A DNA stretch of 64,000 nucleotides, from assembly GCF_006345805.1 (NCBI RefSeq), contig NC_043012.1:51770001-51834000 (forward strand), in the 5' to 3' direction. The translations under genes and the position numbers were made by a program. The notes beneath the pieces were generated by a model that saw only the letters and a program-made list of their open reading frames with translations, was not told the DNA's origin and searched no databases. Below, in pieces: positions 12,415 to 26,853 of the stretch; positions within the stretch are counted from its first letter, which is position 1, and every line of letters begins with the position of its first letter. Origin of the DNA: Octopus sinensis (Eukaryota).

Positions 12415-12782
12415 ATTTAACAAGAATTGTATTAGCATTTATACATTTAGGCAGTTTAAAGGAGTGGTGGTGGGACTTTTTTGGGGGTAGGCAGAGCGCA
12501 AAATATCTACTTGGGGGAGTGGTCCAAGGAGTCAGTGGTAAGTTAGATGAAAGAATAGATAAATAAAAAAAAAATAAAAAATAAAAAATAAAAATAAAAA
12601 TAAAAAATAAAAAATAAAAATAAAAATAAAAAATAAAAAAAAAAATAAAAAAAAAATAAAAAAAAATAAAAAAAAATAAAAAAAAAAATGTGTGCACATA
12701 CATACATAAACACATATACATACACACACACATACGTACACATGTGTGCCTATACATACCTACACATACACACATACATACA

Positions 12783-12831
<49 letters not shown>

Positions 12832-13153
12832 ATCAAATACAGGCCCATTCCCTAATTTTTAATTTTATTATCTTCATTTATTACTTTTGTTATCTTGATC
12901 GCTAGGGCTAAGGATCCTGGCGATGGCAGCATGTCCAATTGTCTGTCTACTAGAAGGCAAGTACTCGTTCCCGCACGCACACTCATTAGCACGTACATAC
13001 ACCCATTCGTACACTCATACACATACACGTACGCACGCGTTATATTCATACGTACAAACATCTACAAACGTTCACGTATATACACATACGTACTCGTACC
13101 TACAGATTCATGTCTACACTTTAGGAGGCTAGTCTATATATATACACCAATAA

Positions 13154-13198
<45 letters not shown>

Positions 13199-13551
13199 TA
13201 CACACACACACACACATATATATATACTCCTACATACAGATACATACCCATATATATATACATATACACACACATACATATACATATATATATATATATA
13301 TACATACATACACACACACACATATATATATACACACACATACATACACATATATATACATAGACAAACATATATACACACATATATATATATATACATA
13401 TATACACATACATACATACACACACCTACATACATATACACAAACACATACATACGTAAACATACATACATACATCCATACATCCATACTTACATGCATT
13501 TATACGCATACATACACCCCCATCTATATATATATATATATATAATATATA

Positions 13552-13597
<46 letters not shown>

Positions 13598-13649
13598 TCA
13601 CACATACTATACAAATATACGCCCACACATACATACATACACGTATCGC

Positions 13650-14090
13650 ATACACGCACATACACATATACATGCGTACCCATACACGTGCACACACGCA
13701 CATGCATCCAATATATATACAACACACACACCACATATATACACACGTGTGTAAGCATACATACATACTCATACACGCACACATACTTACATATACATAT
13801 ATGCACACACTTACACACATATATACATACACATATACATGCATACATACATATATGCATACATACACATACACGCACATACACATATACACATGCGTAC
13901 CCATACACGTGCACGCACGCACGCGCATCCATATATATACACACACACACATATATATACACGTGTGCAAGCATACATACATACTCATACACGCGCACAT
14001 ACTTACATATACATATATGCACACACTTACACACATATATACATACACATATACATGCATACATACATATATGCATACATACACACACGC
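13650..14090. repeat. ~220-bp tandem duplication of a complex CA/TA-rich unit
   Basis: CATGCGTACCCATACACGTGCAC...AAGCATACATACATACTCATACACGC occurs at about 13670 and 13890. Confidence 0.75.
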
Positions 14091-14096
14091 GCACTC

Positions 14097-14127
<31 letters not shown>

Positions 14128-14351
14128 CATATATACACATATATATATATATATACATATATATACACAAACATATATATACACATATACACATACACAT
14201 ACATGCACACCTACACACACATACACATACACATACATACATATATATATATATATATACACATACATACACATATACACATACATATATACACACATAC
14301 ATACATATACATACACACACACACATACATATATACACGGATACACATACC

Positions 14352-14394
<43 letters not shown>

Positions 14395-14500
14395 GTATAC
14401 ACATGCATATACTTATATCTCTACATACTCACATATAAACATATATATATATACACACACATATATATACAGTACACACACATACACATATACATACCAC

Positions 14501-14538
<38 letters not shown>

Positions 14539-15652
14539 TACACATACATACACATATACATACATATACATATATATACATACATCACACATACATATAT
14601 ATATATATACACACATACATACACATATACATATACATATACCATATACACACACACATACATATATACATATATATCATATACATATATATATATATAT
14701 ACATATATATACATATATCATACATATATATATATACATACATATATACATACATACACATATACACATACATACACATACATACACACATACATACATA
14801 TATATATATATATACATATACATACATACATACATATATATATATTATACATATATACACATATACACATATATTATATATATATCTACTATACATATAC
14901 CCCCACATATATACATATATATACAACACATAACACACACACACACACACATTACACTACACATATACATGTATACATACGCAATAATGATACACATATA
15001 TACACATACACACACACAGACAGATGCATATACATACATAATATATATCTAAATTACATATCTCTATAAATACATACATAATACACATATACACACACAT
15101 ATATACATACATTACATTCACATATATATACATATATATATATATACATATATATACATACATATACATATATATACACACTACATACACATGCACATAC
15201 ATATACAAATATACATAGACATACATACACACACACGCGCGCACATACATATACACACCACATGTACAAATACATACATACACACATTCACACACACACA
15301 TATATACTACATGTACACATATACATACATATATATCAACAAGGGAGGGTGAAGTTAATTATTATTAATCAAATTCACCAAGAATTCAGTATGTAAAGGG
15401 ACCATTTTATTTTGAGTAAACAATGTTAGAGGGAAAAAAATTCTCTAAGTAGTGGAAGAGGCTAAAACCTTTATTGGCTGCTATTTCTAGAAAGTTTAGT
15501 ATGTGGCAAGTAATTTATTTTATTTTACTAAGCCCTAATTATATATTTTTATACATACATACACATACAAAAACACATACATTTACACGTATATACACAT
15601 ATACATACAAACACATATACATATATACACACACACACACACACATACAAGC

Positions 15653-15686
<34 letters not shown>

Positions 15687-15927
15687 TCATATATGCAAAC
15701 ATATATACATATATGTATTTTTTTACATGCATACATACACACACACACACATAATACATGCGTATATTCCTACTGTACCCATGCATTTCTATACATATAT
15801 ACATACATACGATACACATATACAAGCGTGCACATACAATATGTGAAAGGTCTTAGGAGAAAAGGTAATCGGGGTGCTAGGGGAACAGTGGGGGTTGGGG
15901 GGTAGTAGGGGGGGGGGTTGTCATCAA

Positions 15928-16700
15928 TCAGGTTGCCGGGTAGGTCTATAGTTCTTATAGTTCGCATACTTCTTATGCATGCAATTTGGGGAGTGTTCTG
16001 AAAATTTGTTAAGGAGAGGGCCTTTGGCGAACAAGATCTCTAGGCTCTCTGATATGCATAGGTCAAGCAGGTATGTCCTCCTGTGTACGAGCGTGCCTTC
16101 CGTAGTAGTTTCCACTTGGTCTTGAAGGGATAGAGTTCCTTTTAAGGTACCAGATGTGGGCGGCGAGGGTAGTTTGGTTGGATTTATCCTGTCGCCGGAA
16201 CGAGTGTGTATGTGCGTACCAGCGGGTCTTAAAGCTGTTTGACGTCATTCCAATGTAGGATTTACTTTTATCGTCAAGGCCTGATCTTACTTCGCATTTA
16301 TATCACTAGGTCCCTCTGTAGGCAGTTGTTGTTGAGGGGAGGTGGTTTATCATGGCAGTTGCAACTGCTATCGGACGTTGGGATGGCGCCCCGGAGAAAG
16401 TAGAATGTTAAGTTTTTTTCACATTGTTGTTGGCTAGGTTCCTGGCTAGATGGGCGTGGTAGAGTAGGAGAGTCTAATAGTGTTCTTATTTAGGATAGTG
16501 TAGTACTTATGTTTGGTGGGGAAGTGTTTCTCTGTAGGAGAGTGAAAAATCTCTAGCTACAGGTGTAGCGACCTCACGGTTGAAGGGGGGGTTGTACCAG
16601 CTAATGTGTCTTCGTCTATTTTTCCTGGGTTGGCGTGGGGCTATACTAGTATAGGTTTTAAAGATAAGATTACCTATCCTAGTATCGCCACGCCAACCCA
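15928..16700 (-). pseudogene. Penelope RT C-terminus + GIY-YIG endonuclease, frameshifted
   Basis: RRHISWYNPPFNREVAT...SCNC...SYIGMTSNSFKTRWYAHTHSFRRQDKSNQTTLAAHIWYLK...DLCISE, the typical PLE C-terminal signature. Confidence 0.9.
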
Positions 16701-16765
16701 TACGTATGCGTAACGTGTATGTATGTATGTGTGGGCGTATATTTGTATATGTATGTGTGAGTGTG

Positions 16766-16800
<35 letters not shown>

Positions 16801-17551
16801 GAGGGGTGTATGTATGCGTATAAATGCATGTAAGTATGGATGTATGGTGAGTATGTATGTTTACGTATGTATTGTTTGTGTGTATATGTATGTAGGGTGT
16901 TGTATGTATGGTGTTATCTATGTATATATATAATATGTGTGTATATATGTTTGTGTCTGTATATATATGTGTATGTATGTGTGTGTATATATATATGTGT
17001 GTGTGTGTATGTATGTATATTATATATATATATATATATATATAATATTATATGTATGTATATATAATATAATATGTATATGTATGTGTGTGATATGTAT
17101 ATATATATGGGTATGTATCTGTATGTAGGCAGTCTATATATATGTGTGTGTTGTGTGTATGTGTATATGTGTATTATATATAAGATATATATATATATAT
17201 ATATATTATGATATTTATTGGTGTATATATATAGACTAGCCTCTAAAGTGTTAGACATGAATCTGTAGGTACGAGTACGTATGTGTATATACGTGAATGT
17301 TTGTAGATGTTTGTACGTATGAATATAAGGCGGCGTACGTGTATGTGTATATGAGTGTACGAATGGTGTATGTACGTGCTAATGAGTGTGCGTGCGGGAA
17401 CGAGTACTTGCCTTCTAGTAGAACAGACAATTGGACATGCTGCCATCGCCAGGATCCTTAGCCCTAGCGATCAAAGATAACAAAAGTAATAAAGAAGATA
17501 AAAAATTAAAATTAGGAATGGGCCTGTATTTGATTGTGTATATATAAATAT

Positions 17552-17584
<33 letters not shown>

Positions 17585-17970
17585 ATATATATATGTATGT
17601 ATGTGGTATGTGTAGGTATGTATAGGCACACATGTGTAGTATTGTGTGTGTGTATGTATATGTGTTATTATGTATGTGCACACATTTATTTTTATTTTTT
17701 ATTTTTATTTTTTTTATTTTTATTTTTTTTTATTTTATTTTATTTTTTTGTATTTTTTTATTTATTTTTTTTTATTTTTTATTTTTTATTTTATTTTTTA
17801 TTTTTGATTTTATTTTTTTATTTATCTATTCTTTCATCTAACTTACCACTGACTCCTTGACCACTCCCCCAAGTATGATATTTTGCGCTCTGCCTACCCC
17901 AAAAAAGTCCCCCACCACCACTCCTTTAAACCTGCCTAAATGTATAAATGCTAATACAATTCTTGTAAAT

Positions 17971-18023
17971 AGCTTCCTGAAGATTTCTCTTGATGATGAA
18001 ACAGTACTAGTCCTGTAGAAGCT
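17971..18023 (+). ncRNA. Type I hammerhead ribozyme motif in the right arm
   Basis: AGCTTC-CTGAAGA-TTTCTCTTGATGAT-GAAA-CAGTACTAGTCCTG-TA-GAAGCT; inverted copy of 12363-12414. Confidence 0.6.
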
Positions 18024-18118
18024 CCTTCTTATAATAAATTTAATTTTACTCTGCTATGTATTGAGTACCTTACTTACTGTGGTTAACCCCGGATCAACCC
18101 GGGACCTACATATATATG

Positions 18119-18151
<33 letters not shown>

Positions 18152-18349
18152 GCTTTTCTATATGTATGAATGAATGTATGTATGTATCTATATATAATTG
18201 TGTACATGCACAAGTGCGTGTTTTCGTAGCTAGATGCTTCGAATATATACATGTATATCGGAAGTGAATTCAATTTCAATGACCGGATATTAGGAATTGT
18301 GAGTTAATTCGATATAGGCTATATCATACAAATGAGCATTGAATAATTC

Positions 18350-19080
18350 TCCGAATATCTTATGAATGATGGCAGATAGATTTCAGACGCACCATAACTT
18401 CTCAAAAGAAAAATGTATCGTGATGGTGACAATTGGAGCTTTGGATATAGCGTGTATTTCAATGAAGCCGTAAAGTGTGTAGGATTTTTCGGTTACACGA
18501 CGTGACAATCACTTAGCGCTTCCTCTTAAACGATCCAACTGCCTCATCTCTCTACCAGCGGCCTAACAATCTAATGAGGAATTATCTTTGCAGATACTGA
18601 TCTCTGAGATATGGTAGTAAAATATCGCTAAAATTAGTTGGTTGAAGCAAAAAAGTTGAGTAATTTATTGCATCATCAATTTCAACAAACACTGTCTGAA
18701 TAGGAGATGAATTGATCATCATTTTGATGCGTTTTATCATCAGCTCTCTTGAACAAGTTAAAGTAACAAAACAAGCAGTCGGAAATTTATTGTCCAGTTA
18801 AATAAGACAAATATACAATGAAGACAAATGAAATATTGTATTTATCCAATATATCATTGGGGTAAAAGACTTTGACAAAATCTAACAAGCAATATTCTAC
18901 TGCTGTTTAACTAAGGAATCGTGAAATTCAGCGCAACACAGCGTTCGCTGATGTAGATGTACATCCGACACGTGATCTGCTTGATATTCATTAAAATTAA
19001 AAGTTTTATCGTATTTGTAAGGATATCTCAATGAAACCATATTAGAAAATTCACTATACGGTTACAGCAAATATATAAGA
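18350..19080 (+). mobile_element. Highly decayed hAT-like transposase remnant
   Basis: Broken translation KEKCIVMVTIGA (cf. WEKLVSITTDGA) and NLLHHQFQQTLSE (cf. LNHRQFQ.LLSE); many stops. Confidence 0.45.
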
Positions 19081-20092
19081 AGTAGTATGATCACAATTCT
19101 GCGATGCATAATTTTAATACCATTTACAAAATATAAAGTCCACGATATAATAATAACTACGCCCACATATATCAGAATTTCACAGATTCAGGTTATTTTT
19201 AGAAATCGGATAATTTATGTAATAATTTAGAATGTAAACATATGCATGTGCGTATATATAAATGTATTCTTTTGTATGCATACATGCTTTCATTTACCGA
19301 GGTATATTGGAATTTATAAATGTGTATTATATGCATATGAGTATATTGGCACTAATCTATAACTGATTTTTCTCTCCATCATTTTCATTTTCTCAAACAC
19401 ACATCTAGAGTTTCCTTCTCTCAAACAGAAAATCATTTATTTCCAAGCATTTACATATGATTCTTCGTGTATCCATGCTTACTCCTGATATATTGGCACT
19501 GTGTTCCTCCAGTGTATAAACATATACACCACCGGTTAGCATATGGTGTTTACATCTAAGCAACCCTAATTTACGTCAAATATAACTAAACCCCATTGTA
19601 ATCGACTGTGTATAAATCTCTGAGTCCATTTCTTTCATTTTTATTCAAATATTACGTGCTTTAGCAATTGCTGCATAACTGCAATTTGAGTGTCGTTCCA
19701 CAATTCCGTTGCGTCTCGTTAAGTTTACAGTTCACATCATGAACAGGTTAAAATTCACATTGCTTCACACGGTACCTACTTAAATGAAAATATATAAATA
19801 TGACATAATGGAGATAACATGCAGCATAGCTTAATCGTAGTTTAAAGACTGAAATCATAAACAGAATACACGTGAGTAAAAATGAAAATCCTCATATCAC
19901 ACCGGTATAGTCAACGATGAAAGGGAATCTTTACCATGGATCTGTTAGCAAAGAAAATATATAAAATGAGGGATTAAATGAAGAACATTAAAATATGGGC
20001 AGAATATAGAATCATGCATTCGAATAAAAACTAGAATAACATTTTCTGTAAATTCAAGTGGTGGATTGAAATACAACCAAAAGTTATACACT

Positions 20093-20129
<37 letters not shown>

Positions 20130-20699
20130 ATGTGTGTATGTACATATGTTCTCGTGCATATAAATTATATTATATAGGTACAACATACATAGAGGTAATT
20201 GCTCATGTACACTCACACACATACATTTATATACATATATATATATGTGCGTGTGTGTGTGTGTGTGCGTGTGTGTGAAAAGAAAATCCGAACAAACGCA
20301 TTGTGTGAAACTGTCCGTACTAGGAACTGAATTATCGATATTTTACATATAAAACACTATTACATTTATTTAAATTCTGTTTTGAAACATCCACACATAC
20401 ATATGTGTACATGTTTTAACTCCTATACATATACATACTCATGTATCTATATGCTTACGTACGCACACACACTCCCATACATATATATATACATAAACAT
20501 GTATAAACATATATTTATATATATATGATATATACACACATATTATTTATACCTATATATACATACATATATATATATAGATATAATATATATTATATAT
20601 CTATATAATATATACATACATATACATATACATATGCATGCATATACATGTACATTACATGTACATGTATATATACCTACAGGCATTGTAATTGGCCAA

Positions 20700-21300
20700 A
20701 GTAAGATATCAAAAACAATGAATACAAAAAGAAAATAGGTGGAAACATATGACTACATTGCTGTAAATACATGGTAAGGAAGTCGTAGGAAACATTTCAG
20801 TAACACAAATTATATTAACGTCTGAAGAACTTCAGTAGCTCACTACCCAACGTTAATGCAAGCGAAAGGTAAGGAGCAGTTGTATAAAGAAGTGACATTA
20901 TCAGTGGTAGTCGTTAATGGATTATTCAAGTTACTGAAATACATTAGCACCTGCCTGAAATAAACTTAATTGAAAGGCTTTCAGTATGGCAGGATGTAGG
21001 TAACTAACAAATCCATTTCATAGAGAAAGTAATGAACAGTTGTGTGCTAGACAAACAATTTATGACTAAGTGTTTCGGAAAATGCAAATCTCGTAAGCGA
21101 GAGGTAAATGATGTAAAATACTTAGCATTTGTCTTTTTTGACAATGATGTATTGAGGCCGTTTCTGGTAGAGGGCACTGCAATCCATTATTCCAATGAAA
21201 AATGACGTATCTTGCAAAGTAAAGTATTATAGATTCTAAACTTCTTTTGCTGAATTATGATCAAGTTTGCGTGTCTTCAATCAATACGTAATAAGAAATA
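20700..21300 (+). mobile_element. Possible decayed piggyBac-like transposase remnant
   Basis: Only weak motifs (YLAFVFFDND..., GTAI); many stops. Confidence 0.25.
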
Positions 21301-21657
21301 TGATACTAACATGGACGAAGCCAAATGTTATAAAACAAAACCGTTCTGCAGATTATATGATATGAATTATGTAACACTGTCTGTAGGTTATCTTTCTTGA
21401 GTCTCCTTGAAATAGACTCTGCATACATATGAACGTTTATATATACGTACGTACGTACACATATATATGTATATGTATATGTATACATATATAAACGTGG
21501 TTGTATGTATATGCCTATATATGTGTATATATATATGTATGTTATGTATATGCATATACATAAATAGAAATATATATATATGCATAATATATATACATAT
21601 ATATATGTATATAACTATTATATATATATGTATATAAATATATATATATATATATAG

Positions 21658-21689
<32 letters not shown>

Positions 21690-21833
21690 ATGCATATACA
21701 TCACATATATATATTACATATATACATACAAGCACGTTTATATGTAGAAATAATTTCGTCTTTTACACCACTTCCATTCTCTACTTTGCTTGCTGCTCTC
21801 TCTCTCACACCCTTTCTCTCTTCCCTGATCTCA

Positions 21834-21867
<34 letters not shown>

Positions 21868-22269
21868 TATATATTATATATATAGGTATGTATGTATTTA
21901 TATTTTTTTTCATGCAATATCGTGCAAAATCAATAGAAGTTATAAATGTTCGGAGTTTAATATTTGCTTATGCTGGTAGACAGGATTACAAACGTAGATC
22001 TATTGGTCTGGTGAAGCTATACTTGAGTTGTTGGAATCCTGGCTTTTATGAGGAATAATTGCAAGGAAACTAAGTATATACTCATATAGACGAACGTACA
22101 CACACGTATCGTTATTTATAAATTTATTTGTCCATCCAACAAGTTGTATTTAGTTATGTATGTTGCTATCCTTGCCACTATCTCTAGTTATATGTGTATG
22201 CATGCATGGATATTAGTATATATATATGTGTGTGTCTGTATGTATGTGTTTGTGTATATGTGTGGATGA

Positions 22270-22830
22270 AAATCATAGAAGATGAGAAAGAGATGTTTTT
22301 TGTCAGAGGTGATGCACGGAAAACGATTCGAGCACACCAAGAAATTGATTAAGATGTTGAAACACGAGCTGGATCTAGAAGTCTTCTTCTCCAACGAGAA
22401 GAAATTATGCCAAGACCAGAAGATCAGCACTCAGAACAGGTGCTCGCTGTTTTATTCAATGACTCACCAAGTGTCATGGAGACGAATTTTCCAGCGACAA
22501 TCATGGTCTTCGATATCTTCAGCAATAAAATAGCATCATGCCACACAGCCGCTTCCCTGTGAGCCTCGGGCTGTTACATCGATGGCTGCATCCTTGTTCT
22601 GTGCGAGTTGATGAAACCCTGGATCGACCGAGTAGCTACAGGGGGTCTCTACGTGTGACAGGAAGTCTCTGCGCCCTGCAACATCAGCCACAAACCCATC
22701 CCAGGCCTGGCTGTCGGAGAAATTCTTCGATCACACATCACCTTACATTTGACCTGCCAGCATGCGCAACTGCGTCTGTACGACTACTTCATGTTGGGCA
22801 CGGTAGCAAGGGAGATAAGGAAATCCGAGA
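22270..22830 (+). mobile_element. Tc1/mariner (DD37D maT-like) transposase remnant
   Basis: KKLIKMLKH..FFSNEKKLCQDQK..QNR / VMETNFPATIMVF..MKPWIDRVATGGLYV*QEVSAP match the maT motifs FFSDEKNF.QDQK.N.QN and KFPATVMV..KPWI..VA.GRPYVFQQDSAP. Confidence 0.82.
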
Positions 22831-23040
22831 GACAGAAACAGGCAGAAAAAAGGAAAATGCCCCTTGTATTTGAACACTATGCAAATATTCTCATAAAAAA
22901 CTTTTAATTTTTCCAAAATTTAATTGCTTTTCATACATGTAGTTGAACAATTCTCAATGACTGAAACCGGCAAGGAAATATTTTTTATAAAATTATTTTA
23001 GCAGTTTGTACCTTGAATTTTTTGTATATATATATATATA

Positions 23041-23080
<40 letters not shown>

Positions 23081-23713
23081 CGTGCGTGTGTGTGTGTGTG
23101 CGTGCGTGTGTGTGTGTGTTCGTGTGTGTGTGTGTATATTCAAGCTGGTGATAGGAAAATAAATTTGGTACTATTTATTCATCATTACCCATATCCTGTT
23201 TGCTACGAGGAGTTACAAAGTTATACATGCTGGAGAAACACGTAGATCTCAAACTGAACGTTTTCATATAGACAATCAAATAATATAATATCAACATACG
23301 GCCTTGGGATACTGGAATAAGCAGATGTGTCTGAATAGGCTGCAACTTAGATTTAAAACCCATCTGCATAATAAATATATATATACACACACATATAAGA
23401 AATGGACAGAGGCGTGTAATGCAGTCTGATCAATTCTTTGCTGTGTTCTTAGCTGCTTTTATGTACAGTTAAGCACAATAAATTTCCTAGACTTTAACAT
23501 TTCGAAACTTTCTCAGATATTTCGAGTGAAGTATAGATAATGGTGCTGTTCTTGTCACATTTCAGTAGTTGGCAGTAAAGGATCAAGAGTACTTTATTGG
23601 AAATTATTTCTTCTTCATACCGGATTTAAAAGTTTTGTATATTTAACGCCACGTTTCACAACTGCAGTATTATTGTTTTGTATTTGTCTTTTGTTGCGTT
23701 ACAGTACACACAG

Positions 23714-23774
<61 letters not shown>

Positions 23775-24317
23775 CATACGTATATATATATATATATTTA
23801 TTGTTGTGTCTGTGTGTGTGTAGGGATATACCGACACGTGTGCAATCTGTCGCAGAGTCACAGATATTCACGTACATATAAATATATATTGTGCATCTTT
23901 GGGTGTGTTTGCGTGAACTTGGGTGTATGTGTGTTTGAGTGCACGCGTGTGTATGTATGCGTGTGTGTATGTGTGTGTATCTGTGTCTGTGTGTGTGTAT
24001 GTGTTGCTAGGTAATACTAAATGGTAAAAGGAGTAATGAATAAGGAATACAATGCCGGAGATATATTTCTGCAGAATCATTTAGATTTTACTCTGAAGTT
24101 TCTGCAGACGACCAGTTTACCAACTACCATCGGCACAGTGAATGATGAATGCAGAATTTCATCTTTAAGTTGATAAATATACACATACATTTGATTTGCT
24201 TGCGTCACTCCTGTGCAAAGGGAATTAATTCTTTGCAGAAAAATCGTCTGGTAATTTGAAAGAAGTAAAATCCAAGGCTTCAGAATAATTTTTAAATCGT
24301 AAGAAGAATAATAAAAT

Positions 24318-24956
24318 AAAGACATCTAGTATATCATATTTGGGGAATTATTAACGAAATGTCGTCTGCTAGAGAGGGATTGGACGAAGGTATTATCAAA
24401 CGTTACAATGTGAAAATGATACCCGTGTGCATCCTCTACATGGCTATATTCTTAATACTTTGTTCCAATTCACAGTTGAAAGAAAATAAAATGCTGTGTG
24501 CTGGAGACAAACATAACAGATTACGCATACAGAATGGGTGAAAAGTAAGTAGGCTTTAAAAATGGTAATAAAATCTATATTCCTTTTACAAATATATTGA
24601 AACAAATGAAACATGTTCTTTATTACATGAGAAAATTAAGGTAAATATTATTTCAAAAAAAGCACCGGTAGCGTCAACCAGTTTCCTCAAATGGCCGAGG
24701 ATAAAATGGACAACGTTCTGAAGGACTTCATCTGGGATATCATTAAGGACATCTAGTGTATGGTATTTGGGAAATTGTAAACGAACTTTTGTCTACTACA
24801 GAAGGATTGGACGAAGGTTTTATCGAATGTTACAATGTGAAAAAATGATACGAATGTGCATCCTCTGTGTAGCTATACTCTTCTTACATTGTTCCAGTCG
24901 AAAGAAAATAAAATGCTGTGTGCTGGAGACAAACATAACAGATTATACAGAATGGT
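24318..24956. repeat. Two ~215-bp diverged direct repeats (24318-24538, 24745-24956) with a unique spacer
   Basis: Shared blocks GACATCTAGT, GGATTGGACGAAGG, GTGCATCCTCT, AAAGAAAATAAAATGCTGTGTGCTGGAGACAAACATAACAGATTA. Confidence 0.88.
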
Positions 24957-25434
24957 TAGTGTGATAGGTATCATAGAGTAGGAAAGAAGGTCAACATTTA
25001 GCCTGTAAGCTATGCCTAAAAGAAAGTCTAGAAATCCCTCACACAATTAAAACAGAGTTTAAAGCCTGAAATAAAGATGTATCACACAGAACCACAATGT
25101 AACACAGAATTACAACACAGCACCACCAGTCATCTTAATATGTAGAGTGTTATCCATAATAAAATTTTCAAATAATATGATTCTCTTTATATCTTCATAC
25201 ATAAATTTACCTGTATACGCATATTAATATTTTGCTTTTGTATACAAATTACAAGTTACTATCTTGAGCTATTGTTAGCAACATACGACTAAGTATTGTT
25301 AACTACTTACTGTATCATACGCCAATATGTAATTGAGAGGTTTATAGAAATTTATAGAAAGGTAGATACATATATGTTTCAACACAGACTCCCATCTATA
25401 GACACGTAGCATACGTCGTAGCATAACTACATAA

Positions 25435-25481
<47 letters not shown>

Positions 25482-25489
25482 ATATATAT

Positions 25490-25532
<43 letters not shown>

Positions 25533-26045
25533 TATATATATATATATACAGTTCTGAATAAATGAATAGCTACGCAGAAGGTTAAAATAATATTGTCGGA
25601 CAGTGTGAATAATTTATTAAAATATATACGTTTGTGGAACTATAAATATTTAAATATATGCTTCGTTATTTGTTCCTTGCAGCTACAAACATGTCACAGC
25701 AGAACAAATAAGATTTTAGTTGGCAAAAGTATTATTGGATACTTTTTGAATAAACACACAAAGCTCTCACAAAGCTCGCTTTCTGTCTCCCCCTCTCTCT
25801 CTCTCTCCCTCTCTCTCTCTCTCCCTCTCTCTCTCTCCCTCTTCTTCTCGCTCATTCATCGCTGTTAGTCGTTTGTTCTCCCCTGTCAAGATAATGATTT
25901 CTAGATTGCATGCATGTCGATTTCTTTATACAGCTAACTCATTTGATTCAATACACTGGAATATCATACTACGGCTTTGTTTTTCAGTGGAGACAATGTG
26001 GATGAGTTTCTACTATATCTTGATGCGTATTCAAATTCCATCTTG

Positions 26046-26086
<41 letters not shown>

Positions 26087-26338
26087 TAAATATTAGGGAA
26101 TAAATCCAAATTTACAAGGAAAAATCAGATTTAAGATTAAATCCAATTTTATAGTAAATTATTATATCATATCAAATTAGAGACAAAACCTTATAAATTA
26201 AAGTTAATATTTAACATTATAGTCGATTTCGATATAATCATATTTAATAATAGAGTTTATTATAAGTAAATTTTATTTAGATTATATAGATATTTATAGC
26301 GTAAAAATATTGATTATATTTTATATTTTAGGTTTTGA

Positions 26339-26390
26339 AACCACCTGAAGAATGTCTAAGATGTGCTGACACGAAACGATCGTAGTGGTT
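26339..26390 (+). ncRNA. Minimal type I hammerhead ribozyme motif
   Basis: AACCAC-CTGAAGA-ATGTC(n11)GACAC-GAAA-CGATCG-TA-GTGGTT: 6-bp stem I, intact core, palindromic ACGATCGT stem III. Lies in a segment (about 26080-26500) with a short internal inverted repeat (ATCAAATTAGAGACAAAACC / GGTTTTGTGTCTAATTTGAT). Confidence 0.75.
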
Positions 26391-26724
26391 ATTCATATGT
26401 TAAATTTTAATTTATATAAATTATTTTATGTATTAGCTTAAGTCTTTCTTTGTTTGATTTGCATAATAGTGGTTTTGTGTCTAATTTGATATAATATATA
26501 TATATATATATAAATATATATATGCAGCACGGACTTTGTCAGTGAACAGGTCGCGGATTTTAGCGACGAAAATATTTTGACAAATTAAACTTAAATGTTG
26601 AAGTGAATCGAACGGCTTTTGTGTGTTTCTTAAATGGCTTATAAACACCTTCCACGCTGCAATTGTTTTCGTTTCAGCACACGATCTCAGATCAAATTAC
26701 TTGCTATGCGAGTACATCTCCGTA

Positions 26725-26768
<44 letters not shown>

Positions 26769-26793
26769 ATATATATATATATATATAATATAA

Positions 26794-26853
26794 TACATGC
26801 TGAAGAGGAAAATGTTCATACCGAGTGAATATTCCGAAACGCGTCCATAGGTA
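26794..26853 (+). ncRNA. Minimal type I hammerhead ribozyme motif
   Basis: ATG-CTGAAGA-GGAAAATGTTCA(n7)TGAATATTCC-GAAA-CGCG-TC-CAT: intact core, long stem II, palindromic ACGCGT stem III, GUC site; stem I only 3 bp. Confidence 0.72.

Larger units (their letters stand above)
12345..18040 (-). mobile_element. Penelope-like element with ~1.3-kb inverted terminal arms and microsatellite-filled 3' region
   Basis: 12345-13655 is the reverse complement of about 16700-18040, including unique segments such as GATCGCTAGGGCTAAGGATCCTGGCGATGGCAGC and the (TAAAAA)n array; the interior holds a PLE RT C-terminal/GIY-YIG remnant. Confidence 0.85.

Noticed and set aside
13672-15069. 465-aa and 454-aa ORFs, and many similar H/T/Y/I- or C/V/M/Y-rich ORFs throughout the track
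   Set aside because: They are translations of CA/TA microsatellites, which lack stop codons; there is no coding signal.
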